Of a stretch of DNA of 64,000 nucleotides, positions 50,353 through 62,601 are shown in pieces. The stretch comes from an uncultured Trueperaceae bacterium. GTDB lineage: Bacteria > Deinococcota > Deinococci > Deinococcales > Trueperaceae. The translations under genes were made by a program, and so were the position numbers. How positions within the stretch are numbered: the first letter of the stretch is position 1; each line of letters begins with the position of its first letter. The notes under the pieces are model-generated. The model was not told the origin of the DNA. It saw only the letters and a program-made list of their open reading frames with translations, and did not search any database. The stretch is taken from the NCBI GenBank assembly GCA_963815215.1, contig CAWFFU010000011.1, forward strand, positions 448,001 through 512,000, read 5' to 3'.

Positions 50353-50692
50353 ACTCTCCATCGCGCGCTCCGTCGTAGATCTCGCCGTCCAAGCCGCAGA
50401 CGACGACCGCGCCGAGCGCATCCTGCGCGTCGGCGTGCGGGTGGGCGCCTTCGCCGGCGTCGACGCCGGGGCGCTCGACGCCGCCTTCTCGGTGGCGCGC
50501 CTCGGCACGCCCGCCGCGGCGGCCGAGCTGGAGATCGAGGCCGTCCCCCTGGTGTGCCACTGCGAGAGCTGCGCCGTCGACTTCGAGGTCGACGATCGGC
50601 ACGGCATCGCGCGCTGTCCACGGTGCGGGGTGACGAGCGGTGACATCCGGAGCGGCATGGAGCTAGAAGTGAGCTTCGTTGAGGTGGTGTGA
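50345..50692 (+). CDS. hypA: Ni metallochaperone HypA
   Basis: MHELS, CESC..CPRC. Confidence 0.95.
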   Translation: MHELSIARSVVDLAVQAADDDRAERILRVGVRVGAFAGVDAGALDAAFSVARLGTPAAAAELEIEAVPLVCHCESCAVDFEVDDRHGIARCPRCGVTSGDIRSGMELEVSFVEVV

Positions 50693-50693
50693 C

Positions 50694-51416
50694 ATGACCG
50701 ACCGACGTACCATCGGCATCAGCCTGCTGTCCGATCGCGACGACGACCGCGGACGCCTGCTCGAGGTGGAGAAGGGCGTGCTGGCCCGCAATCAGGAGAT
50801 CGCCACGATGAACCGCGCGCGCTTCGCCGCGCTGGGCCTCACGGTCCTGAACGTGGTCTCGTCGCCGGGATCGGGCAAGACCGCCTTCCTGGCGCGCCTG
50901 CTGCGCGACCGGCGCGACCTTCGTGCCGCGGTCATCGTCGGCGACCTCGCTACGGACAACGACGCCGAGCGACTCAGGGAGGGCGGCGCCGACGTGGTCC
51001 AGATCACCACCGGCGGCGTGTGCCACCTCGAGGCCGCCATGGTCTCGGGCGCCGCGGATCGCCTCGAGCTCACGGGCAAGCGGCTGCTGATCATCGAGAA
51101 CGTCGGCAACCTGGTCTGCCCTGCCGCGTACGACCTCGGCGAGGGGCTTCGCGTGGTGCTGGTCTCGGTCACCGAGGGCGAGGACAAGCCGCTGAAGTAC
51201 CCGCGCATGTTCAAGACCGCCGACCTCGTGGTGATCAACAAGATCGACATCGCCGAGGCCGTGGGCTTCGACGCGGAGGCGCTGCACGCCAACCTCGCGG
51301 CGGTGTGCCCGCAGGCGACGGTGTTCGAGGTGTCGGCGCGCACCGGTGCGGGGATGCCGGCCTTCTACACGCATCTCGAACGTCATCTCGCGCAGGAGGC
51401 CGTTCCCCTTGGCTGA
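50694..51416 (+). CDS. hypB: Ni incorporation GTPase HypB
   Basis: SSPGSGKT, CHLEA, ENVGNLVCPA, KPLKYP. Confidence 0.95.
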   Translation: MTDRRTIGISLLSDRDDDRGRLLEVEKGVLARNQEIATMNRARFAALGLTVLNVVSSPGSGKTAFLARLLRDRRDLRAAVIVGDLATDNDAERLREGGADVVQITTGGVCHLEAAMVSGAADRLELTGKRLLIIENVGNLVCPAAYDLGEGLRVVLVSVTEGEDKPLKYPRMFKTADLVVINKIDIAEAVGFDAEALHANLAAVCPQATVFEVSARTGAGMPAFYTHLERHLAQEAVPLG

Positions 51417-53745
51417 AGCCGTGCTCGACGGCCAGCGCGCTCGGATCCGCGTCCACGGCGTAGTTCAAGGCGTGGGATTCCGTCCCTTCGTGTACCGCCT
51501 CGCGCGCCGTCTCGAACTCGGCGGCTGGGTGTTGAACGACGCGCAGGGCGTGCTGATCGAAGCCGTCGGAAGCCCTGCGGCGCTGGCGACCTTCACGGCC
51601 CGCCTGCGCAGCGAGGCCCCGCGCGCGGCGCGGGTGGACGAGGTGAGGACCCTGGAGGAAGGGCCGGCCGCCAGGTCCGCGCCTCCCTTCCACATCCGCG
51701 AGAGCACCTCCGGGGGCAACATCACCACCCTCATCTCCCCGGACCTGGCGATCTGCGACGACTGCCTGCGCGAGCTGTTCGACCCGCACGACCTCCGCCA
51801 CGGCTACCCCTACATCAACTGCACCCACTGCGGCCCGCGCTACTCGATCATCGAGTCCCTGCCCTACGATCGTCCGCACACCACCATGGCCCCCTGGCCG
51901 TTGTGCGAGCGGTGCGCCGAGGAGTACGGCGATCCGGCGAACCGGCGCTTCCACGCGCAGCCGGTGGCCTGTGCGCGCTGCGGTCCCGGTTACCACCTGT
52001 TGGACGCGGACGGCGCGCCGTTGGAGGCGCGCGACGCCATCGTCGAGGCGGCGCGACGGCTGTCGGACGGCGCCATCGTGGCGGTCAAGGGCGTCGGCGG
52101 CTACCACCTGGCGTGCGACGCCCGCAACGCCGCCAGCGTCGCCGCGCTGCGCCTGCGCAAGGTGCGCAAGGAGAAGCCGTTCGCGCTGATGGCGGCCGAT
52201 CTCGACAGTGCCCGGAAGGCGCTGGCGGTGACGCCGGCCGAGGCCGAGACGCTACTGTCGCCGGCCCGCCCCATCGTGCTGCTCGCCAAGGGCCTCAGCG
52301 AGCTGCCCGAGGCGCTGGCGCCCGGCAACGCCGACCTCGGGCTCATGCTCCCCTACGCTCCGCTCCACCACCTGCTGTTCGCGTCGGGAGCGCCGGATCT
52401 GCTGGTGATGACCAGCGCCAACCGCGCTTCCGAACCGATCGCCTACCGCGACGAGGAAGCCGTGCGGGTCCTGTCCGGCCTGGCCGACGTCTTCCTGGTC
52501 GGGGAGCGCCCCATCGCGCGACGCGTCGACGACTCGGTGGCTGCGCTCCTGGACGGCCGCCTCACGCTGCTGCGACGGGCCCGCGGGTTCGCGCCCGAGA
52601 GCGTCGTCGACGATCCGCGTTTCGATGCCGGGCCCCCGATCCTGGCGCTCGGGGCCGGCATGAAGAACGCCATAACGCTGGCGGTGGCGGGGCGCGCCTT
52701 CGTCAGCCAGCACCTGGGCGACCTCGACCGGGTGGAGGCGCGCCTCGCCTTCGAGGAGACGGTACGCGATCTGTGCGCCATGTACGGGGTCGATCCCGGC
52801 CGTGCGCGGGTGGTGGCCGACCTCCACCCGGACTACGGTTCCAGCCGTTTCGCCCGTTCCCTGGGCGGGCCGGTCCTGCAAGTCCAGCACCACCGCGCCC
52901 ACGTCGCCTCGGTGCTCGCCGAGCGGCGAGCCTGGGAATCGGTCGTGGTCGGGATCGCCTTCGACGGCGCGGGCCTGGGCGAGGACGGCACCGTGTGGGG
53001 CGGTGAGGCGTTCGCCGGGAGCCTCGCGGCCGGGCTCGAGCGGGTGGCGCACCTGCGCCCCGCACCGCTCCCCGGAGGCGACGCGGCGGCCCGGCGACCG
53101 GAGCAGGCGGCGGTCGGCTTCCTGTCGGAGCAGCCCGTCGACGTGCCCTGGCACGACCTGTTGACGCCCGACACGGTGAGGCGCGCGAGTCGCCTGGTGG
53201 AGACCGGCGTTCGCACGGTCCAGACCACCAGCGTCGGCCGGCTGTTCGACACCGCCGCCGCCCTCCTGGGCTTCCACCGGACGATGACCTTCGAAGGGCA
53301 GGCCGCCATGTTCCTGGAGGCGCTGGCACGCGATGACGGTGCGGCGACGGCGTGCGAAGAGGGCTACCTCCTGCCGTTCGCGCAGGGCGTCTGGGACCAC
53401 CGACCGCTGCTGGCGGAGCTGGTGGCGGACGTGCGGCGCGGCGTCGGGACGGGGACCTGCGCCCGGCGCTTCCACGCCGGCATCGCGAACGGCGTGGTGC
53501 GCGGAGCGGCGCGTCTCGCCGAGGACCATCACGCCCAGGCCGTGGTGCTGTCGGGCGGCGTGTGGCAGAACCGCTGGCTGCACGCCGCGACCGTGGCCGG
53601 GCTGCGCTCGCTCGGTCTCGAGGCATGGTGGAACCACAAGGTTCCGCCGGGCGACGGCGGAGTCTCGCTGGGACAGGCTGCGCTCGCCGCCGCTTCCCGG
53701 AACGAACTTGAGGTGACGGACCATGTGTCTTGGCATCCCCTATGA
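51409..53745 (+). CDS. hypF: Carbamoyltransferase HypF
   Basis: VQGVGFRPF, CTHCGPR, RRFHAQP, QHHRAH, PGDGG; TTG start with SD. Confidence 0.95.
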   Translation: MAEAVLDGQRARIRVHGVVQGVGFRPFVYRLARRLELGGWVLNDAQGVLIEAVGSPAALATFTARLRSEAPRAARVDEVRTLEEGPAARSAPPFHIRESTSGGNITTLISPDLAICDDCLRELFDPHDLRHGYPYINCTHCGPRYSIIESLPYDRPHTTMAPWPLCERCAEEYGDPANRRFHAQPVACARCGPGYHLLDADGAPLEARDAIVEAARRLSDGAIVAVKGVGGYHLACDARNAASVAALRLRKVRKEKPFALMAADLDSARKALAVTPAEAETLLSPARPIVLLAKGLSELPEALAPGNADLGLMLPYAPLHHLLFASGAPDLLVMTSANRASEPIAYRDEEAVRVLSGLADVFLVGERPIARRVDDSVAALLDGRLTLLRRARGFAPESVVDDPRFDAGPPILALGAGMKNAITLAVAGRAFVSQHLGDLDRVEARLAFEETVRDLCAMYGVDPGRARVVADLHPDYGSSRFARSLGGPVLQVQHHRAHVASVLAERRAWESVVVGIAFDGAGLGEDGTVWGGEAFAGSLAAGLERVAHLRPAPLPGGDAAARRPEQAAVGFLSEQPVDVPWHDLLTPDTVRRASRLVETGVRTVQTTSVGRLFDTAAALLGFHRTMTFEGQAAMFLEALARDDGAATACEEGYLLPFAQGVWDHRPLLAELVADVRRGVGTGTCARRFHAGIANGVVRGAARLAEDHHAQAVVLSGGVWQNRWLHAATVAGLRSLGLEAWWNHKVPPGDGGVSLGQAALAAASRNELEVTDHVSWHPL

Positions 53746-53998
53746 GGTCCTCGACGTGGTCGATCGCGACACCTGTCACGTGCGGGTGGGAACGGGCGCG
53801 CAAGCGTGCTTCACCGGCCTCGTCGATCCGGTGGCGCCGGGCGATTGGCTACTGATGCACGCCGGCTTCGCGCTGCGCAGGATCGAGCCCGAGGACGCTA
53901 GAGAGAACCTGGATCTGATCCGGCGCGCGCTCGCCACGCCGCCCCGGGCGACGCGGGCGGACCGACAGGCCGACGCGCCGTCCGAGGACGAGCCGTGA
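53723..53998 (+). CDS. hypC: HypC
   Basis: MCLGIP, GDWLLMHAGFA. Confidence 0.95.
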   Translation: MCLGIPYEVLDVVDRDTCHVRVGTGAQACFTGLVDPVAPGDWLLMHAGFALRRIEPEDARENLDLIRRALATPPRATRADRQADAPSEDEP

Positions 53999-55224
53999 GC
54001 TGGCGGTCCGAGCCGACCCCCGCCCCCGCGGACAGCGAGGACGGCTTCCGGCCCGCGGACTACCGCGACCCGCACTGGGTGCGGGCGCTGGCGCAGCGCA
54101 TCGAGCGCGTCGCCGCGACTCTCGCCCGACCGGTCAAGCTGATGCACATCTGCGGCACGCACGAGCACGAGATCGGGCGCTTCGGCCTGCGCGATCTGCT
54201 GCCGGACACGGTCGAGGTGCTGGCCGGGCCGGGATGCCCGGTGTGCGTATGCGACAGCGCCTGGATCGACCTCGCCATCGACCTGGCGGCGGTCGACGAC
54301 GTCATCGTCACCTCCTTCGGGGACATGCTGGCGGTGCCCGGCGGCATCCCGCTGGGCGGCGAGGCCAGGGGTGACGTGCGCATGAGCCTGCTCGATGCGC
54401 GCGCCCGCGGCGGCGACGTCCGGGCGGTCACCAGCGTCTTCGACGCAGCCCGCCTGGCCGCCGAGCGCCCGGAACGTCAGGTGGTGTTCTTCTCCGTCGG
54501 CTTCGAGACCACCGTCGTCGCCACGGCCGCCCTGCTTCGACGCGGCGCGCCCCCCAACTTCAGCATCGTCGAGGCCAACTACTACACGCCGCCCGCCACC
54601 CATCTGCTGCCGACCCTGCCGGGGTTCGACGTGGACGGCTTCCTGCTGCCGGGGCACGCCAGCGCCATCACCGGCACCGGCGTCTACCGCCATCTGCCCG
54701 AGCTCGGGCTCGCCTGTGCGGTCGCCGGCTTCGAGCCGGTCGACATCCTGGCGGCCGTGCTGGAGGTCCTCGAGCAGCTGGTGCGGGAGCGGCCGCAGCT
54801 CGCCAACAGCTACGCTCGGGTGGTGGCTCCCGAGGGCAACCTCCGGGCCCTGGCCGAACTCGACGAGGTCTTCGAGCCGACGACGATGCGTTGGCGCGGC
54901 GTCGCCGACATCCCGGAGTCCGGCTACCGCTTGCGTCCGGCCTACCGGCACGCCAGTGCGAGGCTCCGGTTCCCCGGCGCCGGCGAGGCCCGCGATCGCG
55001 GGCCGGAGCACCCGGCCGGCTGCCGTTGCGCCGACGTCACCCTCGGACTGGCCCGCCCCGACGCCTGCCCGCTGTTCGCGCGCCGCTGCACGCCCGACAA
55101 CCCCTACGGGCCGTGCATGGTCAGTCACGAGGGCACCTGCCGCGCCTGGCACCTCTACGGCACGGCCCGCGGCCGCCTGCGGGTGGAGACCGCCGGAGGG
55201 AGCGCACCCCTTGGCTCGCTATGA
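53995..55224 (+). CDS. hypD: HypD
   Basis: CGTH, GPGCPVC, GFETT, PGH, CMVSHEGTC. Confidence 0.95.
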   Translation: MSWRSEPTPAPADSEDGFRPADYRDPHWVRALAQRIERVAATLARPVKLMHICGTHEHEIGRFGLRDLLPDTVEVLAGPGCPVCVCDSAWIDLAIDLAAVDDVIVTSFGDMLAVPGGIPLGGEARGDVRMSLLDARARGGDVRAVTSVFDAARLAAERPERQVVFFSVGFETTVVATAALLRRGAPPNFSIVEANYYTPPATHLLPTLPGFDVDGFLLPGHASAITGTGVYRHLPELGLACAVAGFEPVDILAAVLEVLEQLVRERPQLANSYARVVAPEGNLRALAELDEVFEPTTMRWRGVADIPESGYRLRPAYRHASARLRFPGAGEARDRGPEHPAGCRCADVTLGLARPDACPLFARRCTPDNPYGPCMVSHEGTCRAWHLYGTARGRLRVETAGGSAPLGSL

Positions 55225-56224
55225 GTCGATCCGCCTGGCGCACGGCAGCGGTGGCCGCCTCACAGCCGAGCTGATCCACGACGTCTTCGCGACCATCTTC
55301 GACAACGCCCCGCTCGCCGCCCTCACCGACGCCGCCGTGCTCGACAACCCGGGCGGCCGGCTGGCGTTCGCCACCGACTCCCACGCCGTCAAGCCCTGGC
55401 GCTTCCCGGGCGGGGACATCGGCCGCCTGGCCGTCGCCGGCACCGTCAACGACCTGGTCGTGATGGGGGCCGTGCCGCGCTACCTGTCGGCCGCCTTCAT
55501 CCTCGAGGAGGGCTTCCGGCTGGAGGACCTGGAGGCGGTGGTGCGCTCCATGAAGCGGACGGCCGACGAGGCCGGGGTGGAGGTGGTCACGGGCGACACC
55601 AAGGTGGTCGAGCGGGGCAAGGGAGACGGGATCTTCATCAACACCGCCGGGGTGGGCTTCGTGCCGCCGGGACGCGATGTGGGTCCGCACCGTCTGACCG
55701 CCGGTGACGTGCTGCTCGTGAACGGCACCCTCGGCGACCACGGCCTGGCGGTCATGGCGGCGCGCGAGGGCATCGAGCTGGGGATGGCCCTGAAGAGCGA
55801 CGTCGCTCCGCTCGGGAGCCTGGTCGAGGCGTTGCTGGCAGCGGCACCAGACGTGCACTTCATGCGCGACCCAACGCGCGGCGGCCTGGCCGCGGTCGCC
55901 AACGAGATGGCCGCTTCTCGACCGTTCGGCGTGCGGGTGTGGGACGCTCGCGTGCCCCTGAATCTCGACGTGGCCGAGCTCAGCGAGATGCTGGGCATCG
56001 ACCCGCTGCTGGCGGCCAACGAGGGGAAACTGGTGGTCGCGCTACCGGCGGATCAGGCGGAGGCGGCGCTCGCGGCACTGCGCGGCCATGAGCTCGGACG
56101 CGAGGCGGCCGTCATCGGCGACCTGGTGACGCAGCCCGCGGGCATGGCGCTGGTGGAGACCCCCTACGGCAGCCGGCGTGTGCTGGAGATGCCGGTCGAG
56201 GAGCAGCTCCCCCGCATCTGTTGA
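55211..56224 (+). CDS. hypE: HypE
   Basis: HGSGG, GTVNDL, TGDTKVV, RDPTRGG, terminal PRIC. Confidence 0.95.
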   Translation: MARYESIRLAHGSGGRLTAELIHDVFATIFDNAPLAALTDAAVLDNPGGRLAFATDSHAVKPWRFPGGDIGRLAVAGTVNDLVVMGAVPRYLSAAFILEEGFRLEDLEAVVRSMKRTADEAGVEVVTGDTKVVERGKGDGIFINTAGVGFVPPGRDVGPHRLTAGDVLLVNGTLGDHGLAVMAAREGIELGMALKSDVAPLGSLVEALLAAAPDVHFMRDPTRGGLAAVANEMAASRPFGVRVWDARVPLNLDVAELSEMLGIDPLLAANEGKLVVALPADQAEAALAALRGHELGREAAVIGDLVTQPAGMALVETPYGSRRVLEMPVEEQLPRIC

Positions 56225-56350
56225 CGCGTCCTCGCCCGCCCGGATCCGGGCTGCGCGCCGTGCAGGTGGGTACTCCCTGCTAGACTGGAGGCAGTCGTAG
56301 CGAGCCGGTCGCGCTTGGCGGCCCGGCTCTCGGTGAACCGGAGGTAGCCC

Positions 56351-57193
56351 ATGCGGATCCTGCACCCCACCGACTTCTCGGCCACGGCCGAGAAGGCCCT
56401 GGCCCTCGCTCGTGACATTCGGCAGCGCGTCAACGGTGAGCTGCATCTGGTGCACGTGCAACAGCGGTTCGAATCGGGCCACTCGCACCCCTATCTGCAG
56501 CCGCAGTTGGATCACCTCAACCCCGAGTTGACGCGACGTGTCGAGCAGGAACGCAAGGAAGAGGTCGACCGGCTCCGGAACTCGCTGGAGCATCTCGCCT
56601 CGCCCGACGCCACGTCGGAGCTGCGCTGGGGCGAGCCCGTGCGCGAGCTGCTCGACGCCGCCGGCGACGTCGATCTGGTGGTCATGGGAGCGCACGGGCT
56701 CAACCGCTTGGACAACTACTTCCTGGGCGGCATCGCCGGCCGCCTGGTCCGGCGCTCGCCTGCTCCCGTGATCACGGTTCGAGACGAGGTCCCGTCGCTC
56801 CAGGTCCGCCGCATCCTGGTGGCGACCGACTTCGGCGACGCCTCGCGCCATGCCTGGGAGTTCTGTCGTGGCCTGAGCCGGAGCGGTATCAAGCTCGTCA
56901 TCGCGCACGTGCTCGACGACACCCGCGTGCGTGAGAACCCCGACTACATGAGCACCGTGACCGAGGCCCTGGATGCGCTTACCGGCGACACCGCCGAACG
57001 TCACCTCGTGCTGGACGGCAACCCGGCGCAGAAGCTGCCGGAAGCGGCCCACGAGGTCGGTGCCGACCTGATCGCCATCGGCGTGCGGCGCCACTCGAGC
57101 GCCATCGGCCTACTGCTGGGCAGCCGCGCCGACATGCTCATCCGCAGTAGCGCCGTCCCCGTGTTGAGCGTGCCCCACGTGCGCGCTGTGTGA
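56351..57193 (+). CDS. Tandem-domain universal stress protein
   Basis: ILHPTDFS..MGAHG; ILVATDF..LLGS. Confidence 0.9.
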   Translation: MRILHPTDFSATAEKALALARDIRQRVNGELHLVHVQQRFESGHSHPYLQPQLDHLNPELTRRVEQERKEEVDRLRNSLEHLASPDATSELRWGEPVRELLDAAGDVDLVVMGAHGLNRLDNYFLGGIAGRLVRRSPAPVITVRDEVPSLQVRRILVATDFGDASRHAWEFCRGLSRSGIKLVIAHVLDDTRVRENPDYMSTVTEALDALTGDTAERHLVLDGNPAQKLPEAAHEVGADLIAIGVRRHSSAIGLLLGSRADMLIRSSAVPVLSVPHVRAV

Positions 57194-57211
57194 GTTGCCG
57201 GGCCCGGCAAC

Positions 57212-57499
57212 TCAGACTTCGAGGATACCGAAGCTGGAAGCCTCCTCAACGCGCACCGCGTCGTCATCGACGCGCACGTAGCGCAGCCGTTCCAGCTCCT
57301 GCAGCGCCGCTCCGACGGCTGCCGGCACGTCACGACAGTGACGCGCGATGTCCTGCACGCGGCACCCGTTCCCCAGCAACGTGACCGTCACGAACACCCC
57401 CTTGGCGGCCAGGCTCAGCCGTTCGTCGTCGATCACGATGTCACTGGACCGCATCCTGGGCCGCACGTCGGCCTCACCCTCGGGGGTGGTCCTCGTCAT
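57212..57499 (-). CDS. Small winged-helix hypothetical protein
   Basis: DERLSLAAKG..ALQELERLRYV; TAGCGT-N6-ATG. Confidence 0.6.
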   Translation of the reverse strand: MTRTTPEGEADVRPRMRSSDIVIDDERLSLAAKGVFVTVTLLGNGCRVQDIARHCRDVPAAVGAALQELERLRYVRVDDDAVRVEEASSFGILEV

Positions 57500-57585
57500 G
57501 AGGCCACGCTACCGGGCCGCGACCGTCACGACAATGAACAAATCGTCACGAGACGCGGCACGGACGGTCGCGAAGCACTCCCCGG

Positions 57586-59232
57586 TCAGACTCCGGCGGC
57601 GTCGAAGGCGACCTGCACCAGCTCGCGTGCCTCCTCCTGGATCCGGGCCAGGTGCTCGGCGCCACGGAAGCTCTCGGCGTAGATCTTGTACACGTCCTCC
57701 GTGCCCGAGGGCCGGGCCGCGAACCAGCCGCCGGCGGTGACGACCTTGAGCCCGCCGATCGACGCGCCGTTGGCGGGAGCCTCGGTCAATCGCTGGATGA
57801 TGGCGTCGCCGGCCAGTGTCGTGGTGCTCACCGCGTCGGGCGACAGCCCGGCCAGCACCCGTTTCTGCGCCGGGTTGGCAGGGGCGTCGCTGCGGGCATA
57901 CAGCGGGTCGCCGAAGCGCTCCGTCAGCTCGGCGTAGCGCTCGCCGGGATCCTTCCCGGTGACGGCCGAGATCTCCGCGGCCAGGAGCCCCAGCAGCAGT
58001 CCATCCTTGTCGGTCGTCCAGGTGCCCCCGTCGCGCCGCAGGAAGGATGCGCCGGCGCTCTCCTCGCCCCCGAAGCCGTAGCGCCCATGGAGCAAGCCGT
58101 CGACGAAATACTTGAAGCCGACCGGCACCTCGGCCAGGGGACGGCCGAGATCGGCCGCGACGCGATCGATCATCGAGCTCGACACCAGGGTCTTGCCCAC
58201 CGCCGCGTCGGCCGGCCAGTCCGGGCGGTGACGGAACAGGTAATCGACGGCCACGCTGAGGTAGTGGTTCGGATTCAACAGGCCGGCGGACGGCGTGACG
58301 ATGCCGTGACGGTCCGCGTCCGGATCGTTCCCGAAGGCGACGTCGAAGTCGTCCTTGAGCCCGATGAGCCCGGCCATGGCCTGCGGCGACGAGCAGTCCA
58401 TCCGGATCTTGCCGTCGTGATCGACCCGCATGAACGCGAAGGTAGGGTCCACGACGGTGTTGACGACGGTCAGGTCGAGCCCCCAACGCTCCGCGATCGG
58501 CTCCCAGTAGTGGAGCGACGAGCCCCCCAGCGGATCGACCCCGATGCGAACGCCCGCCGCCTTCACGGCCTCCAGGTCCACGGCGTTGCCGACGTCCTCG
58601 ACGTACGGCGTCACCAGGTCGCGCACGTGCGCCTCGGCCGCGGCCCGCTCGAAGCGTATCCGCCGGACCCCGGCCAGACCGCCTTCCAGCAGGGCGTTGG
58701 CGCGCTGTTGGATCCAACCGGTCGCTTCGGTGCCGGCGGGACCGCCGTGGGGCGGGTTGTACTTGAATCCCCCGTCCCGCGGAGGGTTGTGAGAGGGCGT
58801 GATCACGACGCCGTCGGCACGCGGCGTCCCCGGCCGGCCGTTGTGCGCGAGCACCGCGTGGGACACCACCGGGGTCGGCACGGCCGCGAAGTCCTGCGCC
58901 ACCACGACCTCCACACCGTTGGCGACCAGTACCTCGAGCGCGGTCCGCAACGCCGGTTCCGACAGGGCATGCGTGTCGGCGCCCAGCACCAGCGGTCCGT
59001 CCACCCCCTGCCGTGCGCGGTACTCGGCCAGTGCCTGCGCCACGGCCAGGATGTGGTCCTCGTTGAAGCCCGCGTCGAGACTGCTGCCTCGGTGACCGGA
59101 GGTCCCGAAGGCGACCCGTTGTCCCGCCACCGCCGGGTCGGGGTGGAGCGTGTAGTAGCTCGCGACCAGGCGCGGCACATCGACGAGCATCTCCCTGGGG
59201 GCCGGCTCGCCGGCGAGGGGGTGCGGGCTCAT
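57586..59232 (-). CDS. pgm: Phosphoglucomutase
   Basis: [36 protein letters not shown]. Confidence 0.97.
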   Translation of the reverse strand: MSPHPLAGEPAPREMLVDVPRLVASYYTLHPDPAVAGQRVAFGTSGHRGSSLDAGFNEDHILAVAQALAEYRARQGVDGPLVLGADTHALSEPALRTALEVLVANGVEVVVAQDFAAVPTPVVSHAVLAHNGRPGTPRADGVVITPSHNPPRDGGFKYNPPHGGPAGTEATGWIQQRANALLEGGLAGVRRIRFERAAAEAHVRDLVTPYVEDVGNAVDLEAVKAAGVRIGVDPLGGSSLHYWEPIAERWGLDLTVVNTVVDPTFAFMRVDHDGKIRMDCSSPQAMAGLIGLKDDFDVAFGNDPDADRHGIVTPSAGLLNPNHYLSVAVDYLFRHRPDWPADAAVGKTLVSSSMIDRVAADLGRPLAEVPVGFKYFVDGLLHGRYGFGGEESAGASFLRRDGGTWTTDKDGLLLGLLAAEISAVTGKDPGERYAELTERFGDPLYARSDAPANPAQKRVLAGLSPDAVSTTTLAGDAIIQRLTEAPANGASIGGLKVVTAGGWFAARPSGTEDVYKIYAESFRGAEHLARIQEEARELVQVAFDAAGV

Positions 59233-59432
59233 GAGGACCTCCTTCCAACTGCCACGCCCACCTTACACCCCGACCCCCACGCGCCTCCGGGGGGCGGAAG
59301 TATGGCCCTGGGCGAGCGGCAGCGGTCGTGGTACACTTCCGTTTGCGTTTCGAACCCAAGGGGAACTCGTGCCACGCCGCATCCGAACGTGGCCCGATCC
59401 CTACGGGACCACGAGTTGACCCTGGAGGCAAG

Positions 59433-61538
<2,106 letters not shown>

Positions 61539-61560
61539 GCCGACGCGCGAGTCGGAGCTT

Positions 61561-61591
61561 CACCGGGGCGGCGCTTGGCGCCGCCCCGGTG
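61561..61591. terminator. 14-bp hairpin after hppA
   Basis: CACCGGGGCGGCGC-TTG-GCGCCGCCCCGGTG. Confidence 0.75.
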
Positions 61592-61758
61592 TCCGTGAGG
61601 TCACCGCGCGAACGACCGGCAACGGCCGCGCGCCGTCGCGCGGATCACCGGCACGACGCGGCGAACGGTAGGATCCCGGTCGACCTGGTTGCAGGCAAGG
61701 TTGGTGGGGTGGAGGTGAGACTCGAGGGGTGGGTCACCGTAACCTCGAGCGGCGCAAC
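61561..61758 (-). ncRNA. Candidate anti-SD sRNA
   Basis: perfect TATAAT at 61765-61770 (minus), CTCGAGG hairpin, TCACCTCC tract, ends at hppA hairpin. Confidence 0.4.
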
Positions 61759-61840
61759 TTTCCAATTATAGCGCAACCCCGCCCGCCACACCAGGACACC
61801 GCACCCCAAACGCGGAAGGCGCTAGGACTATCATCGAGTC

Positions 61841-62025
61841 GGAAGGAGGTCTAAACCATAGAGGCAAAAGACCACTTCTCGAAGAGCAACCCTCGGCCCA
61901 CTAGAGGCTCGACCGAGTAACTCCTCAGACGGAGGAGCACCGACAGAGCAGAACAAGGCGATCGAGGGTTGCTCTCATCTCAGAACAGGGAAGCTGCGGC
62001 CCCACCCGGACGGGTGCGGGCCTTT
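61841..62025 (+). ncRNA. Candidate ~185-nt structured RNA (6S/Ms1-like)
   Basis: -10 TATCAT 61829; 13-bp inverted repeat 61883-61895/61963-61975; terminator 61998-62024. Confidence 0.55.
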
Positions 62026-62364
62026 CGGTTGCTCCCGGCGCGCCCCTGGCATACCCCGAAGCGCGCGCTCCCGTGCGGCGCCGAGGTGTACCGGACCCGA
62101 GAGCGCCCCACGAACAGAATCCCCTGGGCAGACGCCGGCCTCTCGGCCGAGGCCCGGCAGGTCCGCCATGGACATTCGTCCTTGCCGGGCCGTGCGGCCC
62201 CCTGTTACAACTCCGATGTGAGGGTCCGACATCGCCCGTCGCACACCCTCCGAACTGCTACGCTGGAGTCAGGCGCACCGTCAGGCGCACCGTCTGGCAC
62301 TCAGCGTCTGGCACACCGCGCGAAAGGCCGCATGCGCTTCGGTGCGGCCCGGAGAGGAAGCTCG

Positions 62365-62601
62365 ATGGCATACGTGATCGCTGAGCCCTGTATTGGCGTC
62401 AAGGACGCGTCCTGCGTGGACGTCTGCCCTGTTGAGTGCATCTACGAAGCCGAGGACCAGTTCTACATCCATCCCGAGGAATGCATCGACTGCGGCGCCT
62501 GCGTCCCGGCCTGCCCGGTCGACGCCATCTTCCCCGAGATCGACGTGCCGGACGAGTGGTCGTCCTTCACGGAGAAGAACGTCAAGCTCTCCGGCCTCTG
62601 A
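62365..62601 (+). CDS. fdxA: 7Fe ([3Fe-4S][4Fe-4S]) ferredoxin
   Basis: YVIAEPCIGVKDASCVDVCPVECI, CIDCGACVPACP. Confidence 0.93.
   Translation: MAYVIAEPCIGVKDASCVDVCPVECIYEAEDQFYIHPEECIDCGACVPACPVDAIFPEIDVPDEWSSFTEKNVKLSGL

Noticed and set aside
61700..61750. tRNA/tmRNA-like 3' end (..CCCCACCA on minus)
   Set aside because: No TTCG T-loop, cloverleaf or matching acceptor 5' strand
61841..62130. RNase P RNA, SRP RNA or retron msr-msd
   Set aside because: GAGGAAAGTCC and SRP GGAAGCAG motifs absent; no reverse transcriptase nearby
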